Both the position numbers and the translations under genes were made by a program. The notes under the pieces are model-generated. The model had not been told where the DNA came from. It was given only the letters and a program-made list of their open reading frames with translations, and did not search any database. Positions 61,001 through 64,000 of a DNA stretch of 64,000 nt are shown piece by piece. The stretch comes from Diplonema japonicum (taxonomy: Eukaryota; Protista; Euglenozoa: Diplonemea), in NCBI GenBank assembly GCA_964019335.1, contig OZ025682.1, positions 1-64,000 of the forward strand, read 5' to 3'. Every line of letters starts with the position of its first letter. The first letter of the stretch is position 1.

Positions 61001-64000
61001 CGGAGGTGACAGGTTCTCTGTGCACGCAGATCAGGCTTTGGGTGCTCCCTTCGGCGACGGTGACGAACCAGCTGGTGATCACGTCGGAGTCGTCGAGCGG
61101 GGCGAAGGTGCGCGGGACGGGGTCCAGCTGCGGAAACTCCCCAGACCTGGTGATGGCAAAGGCCTTCGCCTACTATTCTGCGGCCGGGGTGACGTCGACA
61201 TCGACCCTGCGCTACTTCGTGTACGACTCCGACATTGAGTACGGCCTCGCGGTGAAGACGGGATCGCAGGTGCTGGTGATGAGCGGGTCGACCTCGGAGG
61301 ACACGACCCTTTACGTGAAGAACTCTCTGTACCTCCAAAGCGACAAGCTCAGGCACACGCTGACCCAAACGGGGGGGCTGGAGGTTACCTTCTCCTTCTA
61401 CGGGAGGGACGTGCTGTCGACGGCGACGGCGCTCAGCATCTCGGCCAAGGTGGGGTCAACGTCGTTGAGCTCGGTGTCGACCTCTGCGACCTACACGTGG
61501 AAGGAGCCGACGGAGACGTTCGCGGTGTGGGACCTAAACACAGCGGTCACGATGGACACGGAGTGCCCGTCGAAGAGGCGCCTGCAGTCAACGATGCACA
61601 ACTACAGAACGTACGGTGCTGGTGCACCCGCCATGGGGTGGGGGTACGAGCAGGCGGCGGCGGTGGGGCAGCCCTTCCCGATCGAGACTGTGGTGAAAAC
61701 GACGACCGGGTCGAGGGCGTGGTCCTTCACCACGGGGACGATGGTGAAGCTGAGCAAGCGCAGCTGGTCCGGGTGCAACGACGGTGGAGACCTCTCGGTG
61801 TACGAGCTGAAGGGATCGTCGGCGTCGGAGACCGTGTCGACGAGGGAGGGGACCCTGAGCACGAGCTGGGTGTCGACGAGTACGCCGATGGTGTCGACGG
61901 ACAGAGGGGCCGCGATAGCCTGGCCCGTCTTCAGTGCGGAGTGCCAGGCCTGTACCCTGCAGCTGGACCTGTGCTACACCGGAAAGACCACAGCGGCGAC
62001 GTGCAGCGAAGGCCTGGGGGTGGGGTCGAGCGACCCTTCGGATTCGATGCCGATCTTCTCCGACAGGACGAAGGTGACGAAACCCTTCAGCGTGAAGAAG
62101 CCGGTGGTGGACATGGTCGAGATCTACTCACAGTCGACCCCCACAGCGGAGAAAGAGTACGGGAAGGAGGCCATCTACGTTGGGGAGATGTTCTCTGCGG
62201 AGGTGCAGAACGTGCAGGTCTTCGGCGCCCACGACAAGAAGTGGTCTCTGAACGAACAGGCTGGGTCGTCGGCGTGGATGAGGACGATGAGCGTGAGGAG
62301 CGTGTGGAAGCCTGCAAGCGGTCACGCGACGTCCAGCGTCGAGATGCGCTACGGGAACGGAGGCTTCATGCTGGACGGGGCGGCGAGGGCGTCGGTGGCG
62401 ACAGGGTGCTCCGCGGCGGTGACAACTGTCGAGTTCGAGTCTGCGTCGGTGATGCCCGCGTCGCTGAGCGGGGCGGCGAGCGGCTCGCTCTCCTTCTTCT
62501 TCGCGCGCCCTTGCCAGAGCTGCGAGGTGTGGCTGGATTACACGCTGACGCCGCCGACCGGGATGAGCGGGATGGGGTTGGAGGGGAGAGGCCACAAGGG
62601 AAGCTTCCCCTTGAGGATGTACTCGATGGTGTCGTCTGGGCTGGAACAGCTTCCCGCAGTTGGGCAGCCCCTCGTCTACATGGTGAAGACCTGCGGGTCC
62701 AGCTGGCTCCTCGGGTCCGTTCCGCCCGTCGCTGTGAGGAGGAGGAAGGCCTTCTCCGTGACAGCCCTGAGGGTGGACGCGCACAACATCCCCTCGTGGG
62801 ACAGCAAGTCGACTGCGGCCCTCTCCCTGAGCACGAACAGCGGGAACGGCGGGGGTGGAAAGGCGGCCCTGACCTCGCCTTCGTCGGAGTCGTCGGACTC
62901 TGCGGTGATGGCGCAGGAGGGGAGCGCAACCGCAAGGCTCTTCCTGACGAGGGCGTGCTACCACTGCGTCCTCAACTTCGCGGGCATACGCCACCACTTC
63001 ACGGTCTTGACGGACCCGAAACAGATCATCGCAATTCCGACCTTCTCCTCGAAGGACAAGACGCAGTGGCTGACGAACGTGGGGGACGTGGGTCAGTGGA
63101 TTTACGAGATCTACGCCGCGGACGAGCTCGGAGACAGGTCCTACGTGGTCGGGGGCCCCACCCCCTTCGCCTTCCAGCCCATGTACTCCACTTACAACAC
63201 CGGCGGCGGCTCGAGGGTAGGGAAGGCGCTGTCGCTCTCGGCCCCGGCTGCGGCCGCCTCGCCCTCCGTCACCCTCACGGATGCAACGCTCTCGCTGTCC
63301 ACCCTGACGGCGGGGACGCCGACCACGTACAAGGTGACGAACGGGTCGGTTGTGCACAACGGGATCCCCATCCCGTCCGTTGGGAAGGAGCTCGGGGAGG
63401 TAGGAACGGCGACGGTAGAGCTGAGCGGAGACGTCCCCGCTGTCGATTTCCCGTTGCAGTTCACGATGGACGGGGCGAGCGGGGCGGCCGCCACCTTCTG
63501 GGGGGAGAAGAAGACGCCGATGGTGGACTGGTCTCCCGTCGCGGACAGGATGGCGGTGGACGACCCAGCGAGCAACAGCGCGCAGAGCCCGCAGTGTCTG
63601 GCAACCGGGATGACGGGGACCGGGGACTGCCACTTCAAGGTGTATGCGATCGCGCGCTCTCCGGCGGCGACCTCCGCCACCACCACCTGGTACAAGTCGG
63701 TCTCGAACGTGGCCGGAAACGTGACGGCAACGGTGACCTGCGCGGCGTGCGCGACCGCCGAGATCATGCCCCCGACAGGGATCCCCTTCTGGAGGGGCGA
63801 GGCTAGCTTCAAACTGAAGGTGCTCACGCTCACGGGAACAGCGGCCTGCTCGTGCGACGTCACCGTGACACCGCCGGCGGCCCTCACGAACGCTACCGCG
63901 CAGACCTTCACGGTGTCCGCGACCCCGGCAACGGTGTTGACCTCCGAGGTGTGGAACTGGGGGGCGTCGGCGACGGTGATGGCGGCGAACGGCGCGGCGA
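52079..64000 (+). repeat. Direct duplication of 35802-47723 (offset 16,277 bp)
   Basis: Identity starts at acaaaattctgaagagaac. Every six-frame ORF lying wholly inside the duplicated span recurs unchanged at +16,277. Confidence 0.95.
52156..64000 (+). CDS. Giant surface protein, copy 2 (3'-incomplete at window end)
   Basis: ATG at 52156 = 35879 + 16,277. It is absent from the ORF track only because no stop is reached. Confidence 0.88.
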   Translation, partial: MKTGMKGTEVLLAVCGVGWLLVGQGAEAVTATQTISLTQPTVSTSLTDSVTVTEPTGTDSLSMTQSMTVPTGTDSVTMSVPTGTGTFSVSESETHSDSVSVSLFTGSQTMSLFTGSESATISLPTGSQTVSLFTGTETSTFSLPTGTASSTISLPTGTVSATGSSTYTVGTGSGSTTLTGTKSIFTGTVSYSLNTGTASTTMTVPTGTASASVTMSLPTRTSTISLPTGTSTTTMTLPTGTSTASATISLPTGTQSMSHTISKSLSATFSLPALNNYTMNVEPSSFVEGQEIRVQLKTILDGLVTNSSTNRLQHDKKLFNVTDLGSLQVRMYTWSSTYASNCELYKGTTPLAERNEFGMTQSARYEGLVYVQSAHVTFPAPSSAMKFVICFKHRLPQYDFHIPSIPDQMNNVWQVFSTADGEYVFQAAESLAWYRLSDPTVGQYAIIQLLSQEPGWNFTYAPSGCLSDTAKCGWGDNLKIVPKGMPCTYEYQSFDHAYLGSLFVGTDGSWIGGGLDALKEGATAGGVGAFGTQFANPLVDTWTSWGTYFPANDENYQGTSVVTAPSGGETSHAYAYVRLPQTVGSYDICFSSRQQRISWKGENTTIDSVPMWRKLFRCTSAAACAANDASTHFSTVAEEVGWSMFDLTANTWGEIVFDDSGKGQLSNKAATSTVIVSSPMATADYPQVQTSTANYWAPSGGDYFRIVPSSQFTETTTTPRVHPFTSGVRLGSFPSVGCWSRAYDVATSSASSSSRGGQGGFVDDGAMYPIGSRDLTGDPTLASPTSDAGGQAATYATLYVPGELETWYVCYRRTCTFSGATCAQNSGMRVLPFHYTGTGSSPTKWRHLEGNYPYTHLLAPGRYNETLVVSAAAAAEGAAAVVGDNGYPPLATWYMNDTRTGTWGPLVVERVSSTQNKAMLDSRAWDFVRVWNPEDTVSKTVGSTLRLVPYNRPCDYPGFTGAWYQGAKNEDGGMVECNSASAEARDAKDPAWNCMGSASNQNSVANMAFYVAVPEIANYRVCHRLGPWNWREINPSSYREAWNDATNPMPKETLKRGGWVQPALWFTPTTSALSHLSLQVVEDRSQFEALFIVSDTEGSLAAKGRRKCSGGCESSGDVLRLVPYGSSCDVNPTQWDPLLADTHLSLYCEKQGSGATTTSGLYYDSSAVTPCALAKPTKEMCGGTTCSSTNAMLSLLVQKTPDFYDDIVPHDHVYFGSSKLAATVTVPTYNSVSAAKNFYTICYKQMGASNWAIFNNTWEVKKAPAMTMSPLARSQNLVGGEFKKFVMTLTDMMLPVNAAGTGAHVGFYAKLVPELPHQDNNNCLNQPGSTEGEAYAAATSKAMFIAGGANNSMYFYLTVPQKPGKYVLCVQLRKTAEDSMSWWRPGGSTSYDYDVLDNGIRWYVEAGAQPTNNGLSAVKLVRCTPMDAGCSFASNQETFNTDANGDSAKVIATTSPCSTGSSSMSAWGTSTHIGVEGGGAMGVKNLGPADGPTDVAEMRVTLPGTTNDAQVQYKVCVRTLLNHANIGTIGVARWVEVSQAMGMSNQVRITDGSSKSAFYTAKGLMKSWTLDAALYPAKSLFTGPAADAVGFAGASTRYVSNPSTASSSTAPTVATGFKFNSYANLVTSQKSGNLFKLVKVGGPGTRYPEGATWGQPSGWSMAAAADCMGPAVAAASNTGTCTDPDGSSDTTDGSAVCPQLIDVATATTTTQIEAVFHIPLVPGKYLVCYKVVHSSITTENPWLWLPSATNSDYGLYSHPTFLEVEVASAKSNITAFDLRSMPSTSGDGSQVSVSSWCAQPPQASDEGVPCSTQNNGGFTTDLVTIVNDTQICPAPTVAPGGGASSSGQPGPRWFELIRTTNVSAGVSVTWSATADAFALPPVSYPSLSGQYKLCVYKAGEAQTGYFQDGAGEYVTKQGVVYQLYNRGSADNGGGSGFWRDSTGVGAPAQLLVTSNLQYNSSIRFMEYAANLETLYGASVVAADLVTDPLTGTVSRTPLLRSGTAVEYVVQVATTDGVAIRSGSYPVDVMRCPRATTWTNGLECPTSVQVGPDVSPGDFVIQNVNGDCSMMNGPAYGWYANGLRQFTVSGVAKFNIQYRSACPTGEFGCGIRFVANANINGAATTLSSAAQWLNIDTHPPLSVAINGQEVNPTVAPAVSTCKTSKEPNCYLKECLHMKPCVLTFQARWQGPSEFSPNGTINLLYSEQDYVGYNAANVPAEVNTVLGSTFGTPPVFSQVPWALGGTYTHTFTPNLKTGSSATVYLNLTFGENSVTDWTRFVVKVIKPVPKSVALRMVEPTDVMSGYTSTRSPAPAFIPRAPADTATGVSLQAMVGSYLEALVPYKLTYEPMDASGMKVPMVSGALTGWTVTAKVDESSNSKVLGAAPSGTALITEPKTLLSQALSAAADGTTFALSFRVYVVDGMCSRFITTKEGCTLTFSFAHATETTITTSLRTPVRVPASTIEVSIVGTGSASGEATVRNGLVVEARPGTWVVSPQNVDTFVYDEFHHGDIFALLNSPSPTNGATNRDHLKMEDDKSTGAMRAKTCAYEEGNECKVSKYRTQVLSTSGWGATWTMRPDKPCKSCEFTFHSTLGAGPESYETTRTGSGRGWKTLTWTAETIELVCAVGGSTAAAGTATVVYFTSGATASATFGVTVTAAATGTTSSAYYPKWWVFTDTTSDVAASSGAYSLNQAGATGTVLSAKMERGVAVFENLSFTGDSAPTEGTPVTMTTTFHSVGLQYAGTEPGSIPTGTTAYNCKVLVDLTYLAPTAAVSYLELTQVDGATGLCGTGVTASKCTDWSTTVDSLTTGLTFHVAVKKASSGVVSADATIQNATIVPLGGYSTSPKGVAPSWTATDATTWTSADIKLDSNYNTAGTLFTDGTYSYTYGTMDVLAVRSIPSGATNASLADGVGSIKISYGQTGATSVDKSPARAAIFQICNAAWDGSAEVTGSLCTQIRLWVLPSATVTNQLVITSESSSGAKVRGTGSSCGNSPDLVMAKAFAYYSAAGVTSTSTLRYFVYDSDIEYGLAVKTGSQVLVMSGSTSEDTTLYVKNSLYLQSDKLRHTLTQTGGLEVTFSFYGRDVLSTATALSISAKVGSTSLSSVSTSATYTWKEPTETFAVWDLNTAVTMDTECPSKRRLQSTMHNYRTYGAGAPAMGWGYEQAAAVGQPFPIETVVKTTTGSRAWSFTTGTMVKLSKRSWSGCNDGGDLSVYELKGSSASETVSTREGTLSTSWVSTSTPMVSTDRGAAIAWPVFSAECQACTLQLDLCYTGKTTAATCSEGLGVGSSDPSDSMPIFSDRTKVTKPFSVKKPVVDMVEIYSQSTPTAEKEYGKEAIYVGEMFSAEVQNVQVFGAHDKKWSLNEQAGSSAWMRTMSVRSVWKPASGHATSSVEMRYGNGGFMLDGAARASVATGCSAAVTTVEFESASVMPASLSGAASGSLSFFFARPCQSCEVWLDYTLTPPTGMSGMGLEGRGHKGSFPLRMYSMVSSGLEQLPAVGQPLVYMVKTCGSSWLLGSVPPVAVRRRKAFSVTALRVDAHNIPSWDSKSTAALSLSTNSGNGGGGKAALTSPSSESSDSAVMAQEGSATARLFLTRACYHCVLNFAGIRHHFTVLTDPKQIIAIPTFSSKDKTQWLTNVGDVGQWIYEIYAADELGDRSYVVGGPTPFAFQPMYSTYNTGGGSRVGKALSLSAPAAAASPSVTLTDATLSLSTLTAGTPTTYKVTNGSVVHNGIPIPSVGKELGEVGTATVELSGDVPAVDFPLQFTMDGASGAAATFWGEKKTPMVDWSPVADRMAVDDPASNSAQSPQCLATGMTGTGDCHFKVYAIARSPAATSATTTWYKSVSNVAGNVTATVTCAACATAEIMPPTGIPFWRGEASFKLKVLTLTGTAACSCDVTVTPPAALTNATAQTFTVSATPATVLTSEVWNWGASATVMAANGAA

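Noticed and set aside
35782-63911. Dozens of long overlapping alternative-frame and antisense ORFs (up to 795 aa)
   Set aside because: Expected by-product of the extreme GC3/NCG codon bias of the giant gene; low-complexity Arg/Gly/Pro or Val-rich translations.

Overview
Eukaryotic genomic DNA, most consistent with a diplonemid-like euglenozoan. This is an inference from one long co-directional gene cluster with very short spacers plus many tiny GT-AG cis-introns. The window has three zones. (1) 1-3.7 kb: a perfect (GGGTTTGC)73 array fused to a minus-strand CRE/SLACS-type RLE retrotransposon remnant. Its reading frame carries an unexplained ~680-aa extension after the endonuclease and runs into the array without a stop, so the ORF track omits it. 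(2) 3.7-11.3 kb: a CpG-eroded graveyard of nested hAT termini, a hAT transposase pseudogene, foldback/MITE elements, a tRNA-like segment and a dispersed repeat. (3) 11.3-64 kb: 17 plus-strand genes. These are uL22m-like, coiled-coil, TM+SH3-like, helical-repeat, SH3-like+PDZ, RPL19, arsenite methyltransferase, CSN3, two TPR+2OG-Fe(II) oxygenases, an MBL-fold/doublecortin fusion, a 2H phosphoesterase, two RPS19 copies, a TM protein with a ShKT-like tail, and two apparently identical tandem copies (period 16,277 bp) of a ~4,893-aa signal-peptide/GPI-anchored giant surface protein, the second cut by the window end. All product calls come from motif recognition by eye; no database searches were run.
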